From positions 48,862,401 through 48,926,400 of the forward strand of contig CM120641.1 of assembly GCA_051362555.1 (NCBI GenBank): a DNA stretch of 64,000 bases, written 5' to 3'. Source of the DNA: Lingula anatina (Eukaryota > Animalia > Brachiopoda). The translations under genes and the position numbers were made by a program. Below the pieces are notes generated by a model. That model searched no databases. It was not told where the DNA came from and saw nothing but the letters and a program-made list of their open reading frames with translations. Within the stretch, counting starts at the first letter, position 1. The number at the start of each line of letters is the position of its first letter. Shown piece after piece: positions 12,527 to 25,122 of this stretch.

Positions 12527-15500
12527 TCAAAATAAGTCGTCTACAAATGGAACAGTTATCGTGTTGCCAACTGCCGCTAGTGTGGGTTTTCTTTTCAATA
12601 GGGACTTTGCAGTCTGAAATTTAAAATAAAAAAGCAATAATTTTAATGTGGAGTTCCACAGCAAATTTCTTGATAAAATTCACAAACTGGAGTTCACCCA
12701 TTGATGTCTTAGAGGCCTGATGAAATTCAATCATATTACTCTATATTTTCCAAGCACCAACAGAAATGAAAAAAGGTTTCATAATAAAATGGGTATTTTT
12801 TCACAAAGTTTCTGGTCATCAAAATACACATACCTCATTGACTTGTTCTACAGTGACTTTATCAATGGCTTCTAGGGCACCTTGCAGTGTTGGAGCAGGT
12901 AGGTTATTTTCTGCATGATCTGTGACCATGGTTGCAAAACTTCTGGCGTTCTCTTGCTTAATAATAGTGTCCATCTTTAGGCTTGCTCTGAAATAACCCA
13001 CTTTTCTTGTTAACATGCTTTTTACAGGTTTCACCTAAGCTTCAGATACATCTTTTCAAATATTTCATAAAAATTTTTTAATGAAGCTGCACATGTTATC
13101 ATTTTTACATGTTGCATTCAAATATTTGTGTGGAGAAGACAGGAAAGAAATAGTTTCAGACACCACATACCACTTCATTTGCAATCTCTCAGGTCTCGTT
13201 TCCTATAAATTTATCATTCTACGTAGAGTGCTCTAACCCTACAAGGACTCTCGCTGAATGCAATCAGATTAACAGAACTCCTCTTGTTTCTTGTTTTTCT
13301 GTTTGCAATGTATTTGTATAATCACCAGCTTTTCTGTATTCTTCTCAACCCCAGGAGCTGTCTTGAAAATCCGTTAATCTCATTGCTTTCAGTGAGAGTC
13401 TCCGTGGATTAAAGGGATAATAACTCTTCGTTTCGGCCAAAAAATGCATTTTCCTGGAGTAAACAACAATTTTCCCATACTTACCAATGGTTAATGAATC
13501 CATTTTTACATTCAAAGTTAGTCCCTGGTTTTTTTCTAAAAAGTTTGGTTTTTTGTTAAGATCTCTTAAGAGATTTTAACAGAGTATAGCCATCAATGGA
13601 GGTCACGTGGTCTAAAGACAAGCTCAGATACCAGAATAATAGCTATAACTGCCGTTTTTGTGGTAAAACAGAATATATTATATTTCTGTGAGTTATTCAC
13701 AAGTTTCTATTGAGAAATATAGATCTCATACGAAGAGTTATTATCCCTTTAATCTATGTAGAACAACAGTTTCATAGGGAATGGGCCTTTAGTATTCCAA
13801 ATCTTATCTTCACTTACTTTGCTCTTGCTACCTCTTCACTACTGGCTCCTTTAGAACAGAGAGACTTCATCTCTGCTGCAGCAGCCTCTAACACCTGGAA
13901 GAAATGGACAATGCTGAAACTGCCACTCATATAGAGACATGCCAAGAGATTACAGGGATGACAACTGTTCATTTCGGCCCAAAAATGGGTTTTCCTGGAG
14001 TAAGCGACTTTTCCCCCAAAACTAACCAATAGAATCCAATCCTGCATTCAAAGTTTGTCCTTGTTTTTTTTTTTTTCTTTCCTAAAAATTTTGATTTTTT
14101 GTAATAATCTATTAAGAGATGATTACAGAGAGTAGCTATCTCCATCTATGGAGGTTACGTGGTCTGATGGCAAGCACAGATTCCAGAATAATTGTGATAA
14201 CCACTGTTTAGGTGGTAAAATAGAATTTATAATATATCTTTACGAGTTGGTTACATTGTATTTACTGTGACACATGGATCTCGTCCAAGGAATTGTTATC
14301 TGTTAAACTCATTTTTTGTCTACCACCCCTGTGCTCTCCCCTGGTATTATCTGACTTATTTTCCTTCTAACTACATCCATGTTATCCACAGGTGGCGCTC
14401 TTTCAGCAAGACTACTTATCAGATAGAGAGAAGTGTATACTTACTACTCCAGCATCCTCAGCATTGGCCACTACACTAAACCCAAATAGCCCTGAATCTG
14501 AGTAATTGAAGTTCACATTACCACACTGAAAAAAAAAAAAAAAAACATCACAATGATTGAATACAATCCTTTCTTTCAAATTCTAAATAATATCCAGATT
14601 TTCAGCTGTATTAAAACAGGCACTCAATCTGCGAATGTTCCACAAGTTTTTTTTTCTTTTTTTTCTTTCTTTCTTTTTTTTGATATGTTATTTACAGAAT
14701 ATAGGAAGTATGCACCTTTAACACCAACAGTTTTCAAACATTTCACCTTCTTTTAAAACTGTTGCTCCACTGCAGTCTATCATGCCAGCATCATACAGTA
14801 TAATTCTGTATCTGTGATCTTACATAGCAATGTGTGTGTAAGTGTGTGTGTGCGCAAGCGCGCATGTGTGTGAATACAAGCTATGCACTAGTTACCATAA
14901 AGTTGTCATTCACTGCCTTAGCAATGGCTGCAGGAAGCCTGCCTCCAGGGCTGGTGTACTTCATCGCAGGCTCTCTATACAAGATCTTCTGCAGGACACC
15001 CAATGGTAGTGCTTCCTTGCTGCCAATGCTGGAATTGAAGCATGCTGTTATAGCTTCATCCTTCAAGTTGAAACAATTTCAGGATTTGCACAATTTTTAA
15101 GTCAAACTGCATAATTTCTACACTGACAAAAAGTTTTCTTTCAATCACGGAGGCACGGAGTGTGTTAACCTATATTTGACAAATGATGCAGCCTACCAAA
15201 ATTCCTTATTATCTTACTGTGACTATTCTTCATAATGATTTTCTGATGCCTGTTTTGTTTAATTATCATGAGAAATTTCTCCTCACATCTGTGTCAGTGT
15301 AAAGTAGCAAATAAAGTGGACGAGTTGAGATATGAAGTAGTGACCTCATTAGTCTTACCTGGCGCCCTCTACTGCTACTGCTGCATAAGCATGATCTCCC
15401 ACCACAGAATTCATTAGAGTGCCTGGAAAATATCAAACTATTGGTTTAGAGTTGATTAGAGTGCCTGGAAAATATCAAACTATTGGTTTAGAGTTGATTA

Positions 15501-18500
15501 AAGTGCCAGGAAAATATCAATGATATCAAACTATCAGTTTACATTTGATTAGAGTGCCTGGAAAATATCAATAATATCAAACTATTGGTGAACATATGTG
15601 ATATCAAAATACTATTCATTTTTTTACCTTTCAGTGTACTCATTTTTCCTAAGCTTGAAGTGTCTAAGATTTACTTTAAGTAACTAAAAACATAAAAGTT
15701 ATATAAAAATGCCTATATCTGTTGGAGGCAAGTTTTCTTACCTCCCCTATAAACTGCCTTTTTGGGAGGTGTTCCTTTGTCCCCACTATCTGTGAATTCA
15801 CTGGTCATGTCTGCCAGCTGTTCCTCCAGGTCTCTCTCTGTGTTCACACACACCAGGTTAAAGTTGTTAAATGTTCTTTGAATGAAATCCAAAGCCTAGA
15901 GAGATTAAATGAATGAAATGACACAACCAGTAACCATAGACAGCTAACAGCAGGACAAATTCAAAATGGTACTAGTCCTGCTACTGCACTCCCAATTTTC
16001 AAACAAAAAATCCAAGAACAAATATCTACAGATACACACTAAAAGCGCTTCCCTTCAGTTCTTGAAATCACTCACCATTTGTTGGCCAAATTTACTGAAG
16101 TTCTCAGCAGGTGCATACACAGACTGGCCAAGAGTGTCTTTGTAAGCAGCTTGATGGAGGAGTTCAATAACTCCTTCAAAAAAAAAAAAAAAGTGTATGT
16201 ATCAAAAATATGTGAAACATGACATTATAATGCAAAAACTAAAGTTTTCCACCTTGTATGTTTTTCAACAGATCTTAATTTATGTTACAAGCTTTGTGGA
16301 AGAGAAACAATTACCAGATCTAGGGTTTGTGCCATTGCTATAGAGAACAGCTCACAACCAACTTACGGATGTCTTTTCTATGGGTCAAGATGGCCAGGTC
16401 TAACTGCATGGGAGTCAGTGCGGCTCCCAAGTCCCAGCCATTGTACAGAGGCTGGAAGGTCATTGCTAACAACAGTTCGTAGGCATTTTTTCTGAAAAAG
16501 ATTCAGATCATTTCAATAAATTTCATCGTGGGAAAAGTTAAACCATACCTTTACTTACCATGCTTTACAACCATACCTTAATTTGACTGAGTAGCCATAA
16601 AACATTATAACACAAAATATACTTATAAGACACGACTTAAGAAAAAAAAAAAGCACCACAGAGAACATTTTTCTGACAACTACTTACATAGAATCTTGAT
16701 TTTGAAAACTGTCTATGCTGTAAATTATATGCTCTCTTGTCCCAGTCACCCTAGATAATAAAACAGAATATTAGGGAGTAGAGTATGACACCCTAACCAG
16801 GGGAGAGAAGAAACACAAAATATTACTTTCTACTATCAAAAGATTTCATTTACAGTCTGCTGAAAATGTAAATCTTTTCATACCATTTTATCATTTTATA
16901 ATAAAATTTCTTCACAACTGGGTTCTGTTCATCAAATACACAATCAGAATGTATTTTTCAGTACAAAGTAGCAACAACAAACGACTGGTCCTTCTTTCCT
17001 GAGATTCCATAATGATGAACATTTTGGTATGTTATGGCCATTATAAAAATATAGTGTGGATGTGGTACTTACAAAAAGGAACATCCCGTTTCTCCTAAAG
17101 CTCTGGCATTTGCAAAGGCAGTACGCTGCCCATTGGACTGAAAGAAAAAAAATATTTTATCCATTTTATAATAGAGTGTGGGTGACACAAGGTAGAAAAC
17201 AGCTGCAGGCTTCCTTTTCTTCATTTCTCTTTCCCTATTTAATATTTACTGTAAAAATCAAAGCATATACCAAGGTATCCTATAGGGGATTCTCAAACTT
17301 AAATTAATGTTGCTCTGGCAAAAAAAAAAAATAATAATAATAATAATAATAATGATAATAAAATAATAATAATAACAATAATAACACATTAATCATTACT
17401 CTCCTTGGCTTCGCACTTAGATTTGGTGTTTTATATCATCTCTAATTACATAACTCAGATCTAACAGTTTATAACTCATTAAAAGCATGATATCCCTAAT
17501 ATGGAAAAAGTGACATTAGGTACTTTCTTGGGGAGGGGGGTTATTATTTCTAAACACAAATCTTTGATATTCCACCATGAGAGATCTCTCCATATTAAAT
17601 TACTTCTCCAGAACATAATGTGTTTTCTATTTCTTCCACATCAAGTGGCATCAGCAATAAAACAACTTGATAGGTCTTAAAAGTAACTTACTAATTCTGC
17701 TGCCCTCCTGATGAAATGCCCAATGCCCAGTTCGTCCCTCTCCTCATAGCGGGCCCCAGATGGCAGCACCAGTTGCACAGTGGACACTGCCGAATTACTC
17801 TTCACGCTAGTCACTCGGAACGCATCCCTACTGACAGTCTGGCGAAAATACATGAACTCACAGTCAAATTATTTGTATTATTTATAATTTCTGAAGTCTT
17901 CCCTGGACTTTGGCTGCATATTTTGCTAGTGGAAACACTAAAAGTGAGCAGCATGTGGGTTTTACAGTATCCCAGTTTCACTGATAAACTGTTACTTTAG
18001 AATTAGTGTTATAGAGGCAAGGTATAGATATATAAATATCTTCGTTTTGTCAACATATTTACCATTTTTCAATGTAACATTGAGCAACAGACTAAATTAA
18101 CCTTAGAAGATTAATGAGTCTAAACCATATAAAATAACTGTTACAATACTACACATTAATGAAAATGAAACTTGTGTTATTATAACACTTATTTTGTAAG
18201 ACTGCCACAAAACGTTTGTAATGTGGTAGCAATGAATTTTCAGATGTTATCCTACTTTTTTTTTTCAATTATAGTGCAAATTTATAAAAGAAACGGATAG
18301 GCATGAAACTGTGATGTTACTCTCAACTACCATGTCTACAGGGATGCAAGGGCTCTCATATCTCTTGTTAAACTCTCGTGTTCTCAACCATATAAATTAT
18401 TAATATGACAGACTTTGACTAGCAGGGACTAGACTGACATTTTGTGAAAAAGTCTGAAAATATGGTGTGCAGGGGGCCCTTTGTGTTGATCTCAAAAATT

Positions 18501-18948
18501 ATATTTAGGCTCAAATAAAGCCGAAAATCCGCCAATAGCCTGGAAAATCTCATTACTGTACTAGTTGTTTTTCATAAATTCTAAAACAGTTTATGGTGGT
18601 ATTACTGTAACTTTGTGCCTTGTGGTTTTGAAATTTGCGAACCGATCGATGACAGCTGCCCGTCGTGCTCCAGCACACAATTAATGAAACATCACATCTT
18701 CAGTAGGTAGTTAGTACTTCATGATTACAGTTATTTATTTAAGTGTCGTAGATCGTGGCATACGTGACCAGCCGCCTACTGCCATAGACCTGCGTTACAA
18801 AGCCTAGCAAGGTCTTAGAACTCTCAACCATGAACTGATATCATAATGAACAATAAAATTTACACAACTGAAAGTGCTTTTATGAGAATCGCAATTGCCG
18901 TATTACCTGGGCTAAATTATAGGCGGTGGTAAACCTTCTTGATAACAT
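12527..18948 (-). CDS. UQCRC2: Cytochrome bc1 core protein 2-like (inactive M16 peptidase fold), multi-exon; exon structure just after exon 1 (18948-18907) not resolved
   Basis: Presequence MLSRRFTTAYNLAQ. Exons encode SGARYEERDELGIGHFIRR (about 17.7 kb), VTGTREHIIYSI (about 16.7 kb), VIELLHQAAYKDTLGQSVY (about 16.1 kb), NYSDSGLFG (about 14.5 kb), EEVARAK and the terminus KPTLAAVGNTITVPFVDDLF*. There is no HxxEH motif, as expected for core 2. Confidence 0.8.
13240..13407. mobile_element. Short degenerate inverted-repeat element adjoining the TTAA element
   Basis: ctacaaggactctcgctgaatgcaatcagattaacaga versus tccgttaatctcattgctttcagtgagagtctccgtgg (imperfect reverse complement). Confidence 0.5.
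13413..13748. mobile_element. Non-autonomous TTAA-target TIR element, Kolobok-like (copy 1)
   Basis: ttaa|agggataataactcttcgt...acgaagagttattatccct|ttaa. Purine-purine termini with a TTAA TSD fit Kolobok better than piggyBac. A near-identical inverted copy lies at 48915-49252 and a degenerate relative at about 13953-14250. Confidence 0.75.
15413..15590. repeat. About 42-bp tandem repeat (4 copies) that includes a UQCRC2 splice acceptor
   Basis: Unit attagagtgcctggaaaatatcaaactattggtttagagttg starting at 15413, 15455, 15497 and 15548. Confidence 0.9.
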
Positions 18949-19095
18949 TTTCAGCGAGACCGCCGCTGGCCGAATGTTTAAGGTCACAGACTCTTTCAAG
19001 ATGGCGACTGTACAAGTCACGTGACACACCGGAAATAGCGTTTTGCGCAAGTCAACTCTGTGCGGAAGTGAAGCATAACGCATGTAGCAAGTAAT
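18949..19095. promoter_or_regulatory. Bidirectional promoter between UQCRC2 and BRAT1 with YY1, E-box and ETS motifs
   Basis: ATGs 147 bp apart; CAAGATGGCG at 18997-19006, GTCACGTGAC at 19016-19025, ACCGGAAAT at 19028-19036, GCGGAAGTG at 19062-19070. Confidence 0.7.
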
Positions 19096-22000
19096 ATGTC
19101 AGAGTTTACAAAACTAAACAAGGTCCTCAATTTGCTCTTAGACCCAAATTTTGTTCTCAAAGATGATACATTTGAACAGAAAATACTTGACATTTTCCTG
19201 AAGAAATGCAGCTCAGGGCAAACACAAGGTGCTGACTATAGATATAGTTACTTTTTGGTTTTGTTTACCATTCATTTCAGGGATTTTCTTTGGATGGCCG
19301 GGGAGGGAGCAAAATTGGCACTTTTGAAGTATTTTTCCCACCATATACCTATTTGACATTCAATGTATTTTCTAAATTAATTTGTGTGTTGATTTTGATC
19401 AATTTCTCTGCCACTCATTTAAATAAGTTTGGCAATTCATAAGCTAAAGTTTTGTTTACATGAAACTTTTTGCCTTCAAAATATGAAAGCCACAGTTATC
19501 TTGGGGATTAAAATGTGCTGTAATTTCGAAAGCCAAAGAAATTGAAGGTTTATTTTTGAAAAAAGAAAATAAGTTAGTGGATTTTATTTAAACAGCAGAG
19601 ACATTGAGCAAAGTCACCGTATAACTTAATATTGATTAGCATTAAAGATCAGAGAGTTACAAGGTGTGAGGGTGCAGTATAGAACTATAACAGCATATTT
19701 TCTATGAAATTGCAGGAGAAGACATATCAAAAATGGTGCTCGGATGTTTGCAGTCATTAGTGAAGATGGAAACCCCTGCAAATATTGGTCTGTTTATACA
19801 GATTATGGGTTGCATTGGTGCCACAGACACTGGTTTCAGAACACTTCTGGAACATGGTCTTGTTGGTGAAACACTGAAGATTGCCCACCAAGCTGATGCA
19901 TGGAATGAACCAAGTACAAGATATGCAGTATTTCATGCCCTGACTACAATGGCAAACCATAGTAATGCTTGCAGTTGGATATTAGAACAAGGTGTTAGAG
20001 ATCTTCTAGCTTACAATTTTCCTTTATGTTTGCATTAGGACGTGTAGGCTCCTGCATGGTGTTGACATGAACAAGAATGTGTTCTTTCAGCAAAATTTTG
20101 TCCTTTTTCACAAAGATCAATATGCTCTATTGATAACAAGTATGCTTTGAGAGATTGACAGCATAATAGCCTGGCTATGAACAGAGCCCCCAACTCCAAA
20201 TCAGTTATCCAGGAAGCAGGAAGCACATTTGTATAGAACTTGTGAAAGGAAATGCAATCTCCTAAAGCAGTACATGTATAATGACTTGTGGTGACCTCTC
20301 ATAGTGAACTGGTATTACTGTATCACTGAAGTATACCACTTGAATAGAAAAATGTTTAACTCAGCCTGCATCAGAAATTATAAAAATGGCACAGTAATGA
20401 ATATACAATTAAGAGATGAAAACATAAAAGCAATTGACTGTTTCTTTTTATATCTTCAATTTTTGTTTTTCAGGTTATGTCGAGCTGTGTTTCAACAGTT
20501 TTCAAGATGGCAGTGTGTTTGTGGAGAGTGCTGCACGTAGGCTTTTATCTCAACTAACACAATGGAGCTACCAGAAGCAATCCACCCACCAGGTCACACA
20601 TGGAGCTAATGGACTGGGTGATACTCCTCACCGTGAAGAATACACAATAGGGAACCACTTTAGTGATGGACAGAAAACAATCTGCAGTTTCATCAAAGAA
20701 AAATTTGCAGTGGGAAATTTGCATAACAACTCTGAGAAAGAATTGAGCAACACAAACTCACATCTGCCACTGCACTTCTCAGTTTTTTTAGAGACTTTAT
20801 GTGATAAAAATCCTGTCACCTGCCTGTCTCTCATAAAAGATTGTTGTCTGTTGCCACTGGTATGTCAGAGTCTTCACAGCAGAGACAGGGCAGCCAGTTT
20901 AGGGGCAGTGAGGTTACTTTCTGGGCTCATGCCAGTAGGGTATGTATCTATGTATGTAGGAATGAAAGAATTCATAATTGTATGTATGTATTTATGTGCG
21001 TATTAAGACAAAGATGGGATAAAAGAAGCTTTGAAAAAATCTGACTGAATGTTGACCACAGGACCAGAATACAGGATCCCATCATTTTGGAATGTAAACC
21101 CCTGTATGAACACAGGACCCCCATGATTCTGGAATAAAAACCCCCATATGATCACATACATGTAGGACCTTTGTGATACTGGAATGTATACCCCTATTTA
21201 CATGGCTAGTGACATCAGTTTAACTGGTGCAGTTTATTTCACTAGACACAGTTCTGTTCTCATAACAATCATGTGAATAACTACTGGTAGAATACAGAAT
21301 ATTGTTGCATTTAAAGAGATTGTACTGTTGTTATCATCAAATTGAAAATTAAAGTAAAAGTACACACTGCTCAAGGGCTAGGTTTTGTGTTTGATTGATG
21401 AAGGTCTTTTGGATTGATTTTTTTTTTTACATCTGTTGCCTTTCCAGGTTGTTAGATGATGCAGACAGTAGCTCACTGATTCTAAGTGAACCGAAGCAAC
21501 TGATGTGTGAGGGCAACCCACATGTTGCTATCAAGTTATGTGAGGCCATTGTTATAAAGTGAGTTACATGTATTTATAAACAGATACCAAATGTGGAGGG
21601 GTGCGTGTGTATGTTTGGGGGGGGGGGGGGGTAGCAGGGTGCAGGTCGTAAAATATTTTGCCACTCTGATGGGGAAATGTCATATCACCTGATATTTGGT
21701 GACTGTTGTGTCAGCACCCTGCAATGGAGTGGGAAATATTTCTACTATTCCCTATCTTGGGTTGGAACACTAATTTCGAATGTTGGATGCAAAAAGGCCA
21801 TAAGAATGACATCTGAATTCAGAGGTAAAGTTTAGTTTATGTGGAGTGACATGATATTGTTTACCAGACTCTGAAGCCACAGTTTTGTTTAATATACATT
21901 TAATTTCACCATGACTGAAATGAAATTGTTTTGCTGTGATATATTATGTAAGATATCCTCATCTCATTTTTACCTTTGATATTCTAGTAAGCGAGAGGAG

Positions 22001-24749
22001 CCCTTCCCAGATCTACTCCAGATAATTCTGCTTCCTGTTCTGGTAGTGTCTGGCAGATCACCACCAGAGGACGTGGCACAATATGGGCCACAGACCCATC
22101 TACTTATGACAAACCACACTGCTTTATCCAGACTGTTCTGTGCTTCTTTACAAGGTCTTCAAAATCTGTCACAACAGGTAGATTCAAGATTTGCTGTGCG
22201 TCATCAAGTTTAAATGTCAACTTACATTAAAACAGTTTCTGTCTTCTTAATTATTTGTTGTATTCATTGACAAGTAGATGGTCCGATACATGTATTACAA
22301 GATGTTATAAAATGATAGTCTATTAAAATGATAAAAATATTGTTTTTATTATTATTATTTTTTATTGAATTAAATTCTTTAAAATGTTTAATTTTTTTAT
22401 TGTAGGGCATTACTGTAGATTGTTTTGAAGCACTGGTTTCTTGTTTACAAGAAGCTGTAAATCTCCAATCACAAGTGTCCACTACTACTGGTCATCTTGT
22501 ATTGTCCACAGACAGAGTGATGGTCAGTTTGCTGAAGACAGTGAAGACCCACTGCTGTCAGTCTTACCTCCAGGGTAAGTACAACAGCCAACTTTTGTCT
22601 CATTATTCTTATAAAGATGTCAAAGTTTTGGAAGTGATTTTTACAAATCATCAGATTTAGGAAATATATTTTTGTTTAGTGTTGGAAAATTTTTGTGTCG
22701 TTTATGGATATTGCCAGTGTAATTGTACAATGTTTTCTAAATTGAAATTTGGTGAAAAAATTATGATTAGTTTAATATTGTTATTTTATTTCAGGCAATG
22801 ATGAATCTAAATTTTCATGTGGTCAAATAGAAATAGCTTCACATCTGACAAAGCTCTTAGAAGACACTACAAAAAGTGTAACAGTAAGTCTTTCAATGTG
22901 GTTTTATATAGGTTAAAGGATGTTTCATATTTGTAATTGTCAATCATATTGCATAAATAGAAACTGTTGTCAGGGCAGTCAAAATTTGAATATAAGCAAT
23001 TCTTGCAATCTATTTTACAAAACATCTCTTCACAGAAAATTCATGATACAATTTATGTAAAATTTAAAATTTTGCTCTACTGTACATGTAAGTAAATTCA
23101 AGTAAACATGTCCAAGTTTAAAATTATTATCTTGATTATTTCTAACCCCAGGTTGCTGTGACATGTCTTCAGTGTCTGTCCTGCTGCCTGGGTAGTGTGT
23201 TCTCAGTCCAACCTGGTCAGCTGCTGTGCTGGGCAGAGTTTTCTGAGCGTTCAGGGCACCTGCTGCAGAGATTACTGTGTGATATGAGGTGGGAGGTACG
23301 AGACTCCGCTCTCGAGATGATTGGTCAGTTACCAAACCATTCCACAGGTATGTCACAGTCTAAGAGAAGAACTGGTACAAATTTATGTAAATTTAGTGGG
23401 TACAATTTATTAATTGGTGATTAATACATAGTCTTATAGATTAAACTACAAAAAATGACAAATAAGCAAGTCTTTTATGAACCCTGATAGTGAACAATGT
23501 ACAGCTGATATTAATATGATGTGTAATAGTGTTTTAAGTCTTCAAGCAAACTGAGTATCTTTTTCATGTTTGAAAAAGTTAGCTTCATCCCTTGAATGAT
23601 TAATAAAGTAAAAAATACTTTGAATTGTTAATTTAATGTGTAAATGTGTTATTGCAGATGCCTGTAGAGTGTGTTCATGGATCACTCAGCATGATCTTCA
23701 TGTGTTAACTTGGAGTAGCATCAAAGATGGAGAGAGCTATGTCCGTGCCAGTGGTTTGAGGGTTGTGTCTTCTCTCTCAGCTCACCATACTCTGTGGGAG
23801 GATTTGTTAGCTAAGAGCAACCTTCAAATGGTAAGTTAAATCCAGATGAAGGTGGCATGGTATTGTTTTGTCACCAGAATTATTCTGTTCTTTATCTCAG
23901 GTGATAAAAAATCAGATTCTGAGAGTGTTTTTTCATCAGTGTTAGAACTGTTTCACAGCTTTTATAGATTTACACACCGAAAGTGTGATAACACAAATAA
24001 ACATGTCCGAATGAAGGCAAGAAAAAAGATGTATTTGGTGGGTGAAAAATAAAGATGGCAAATTGTTTATCAAAATTTATATATGGTCTCTCTTTATTGT
24101 CTAGGATGCTGTAGTGCTGGATGTTCTCAGCCTACTGGAGACAGATAGTGAAGCTTTTCCTCGCAGAGCAGCTGTGCAGGTGCTCTCATCCTGGTATTCT
24201 ATAGCCCCAGAGACAACAAAGGCCGCCATACTGGTCTCCATGACAACAGCTATTAAAGATTTTGACTGGGAGGTGCAGGTTCTGGTGCTTGCCTTCTGGG
24301 AAAGTGTCTTTACAAAATGTTTCCAAAATGTGGACACGCCAGCCTATGCTGTGGTGGCCCCTTCTCAATCAAAGCAAAGGAGAATAGAGTTCTCTCTTGA
24401 GGCAAGGGAATTAGATATTATCAACAGATGCTGTGAGATTTTACTTTTTGCTGTGAAGGATTGTGACAGGAAAGTATGTGAAAAGGCTGCCAAAATGATA
24501 ACAGAAATTATGCCAGTGTTACAATCAAAATGTCAAAATATTGCAGATGTGGAAGGTGAATATAAAAAGGGCAAAGTTAACTGTCTGATGGAATCAGTAA
24601 AAGAACTAAGAACAGTGGATGTACCAGGAATTTTACATGAAAAAAGTCAAAGCAGCGATGGTTATGCTGAGAATCTGTTCAGTATATTAGACGATATCTT
24701 AGCTTCCTGTGAAGAGCCAGATGAAGGTGCCGTGATTGACTGTTACTAA
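19096..24749 (+). CDS. BRAT1: BRCA1-associated ATM activator 1 (INTS11 chaperone, HEAT repeats), multi-exon; last exon 24105-24749
   Basis: N-terminal DDTFEQKILD, DGSVFVESAA, LCDMRWEVRDSALE, DGESYVRASGL, DSEAFPRRAAV, DFDWEV, DCDRKVCEKA and the diagnostic C-terminal DCY*; GT-AG boundaries seen for most exons. Confidence 0.92.
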
Positions 24750-25122
24750 TGTATTTACACTGTTAGGATTTCAGCATGCTAAATTATCGGAGAAGCCTTC
24801 CATTTTGTAATGTTTTGTTCACTGTATTAACCGCGGCACTAATTTAACTGATTAACATTATCTCTATTAAACAATTTAGTGAAATAAACAACTAAACATT
24901 ACCACACTACTACACAATTTGTCAAATTATAAGCACACAACTAAATAAAACCAAAGTGTATTTGTAGAGAGAAACATAATTGACGTACATTTACACATAA
25001 AAGTGCAGTCGAGAGGATGTTCTATGTCATTATTTTATGTGCTCAAAAAAGCGATCATCCATCACCCATGCCTGCCGCAGTAATATATTTTGCGAATTTC
25101 CCATCAATTCTTATTATTTACA

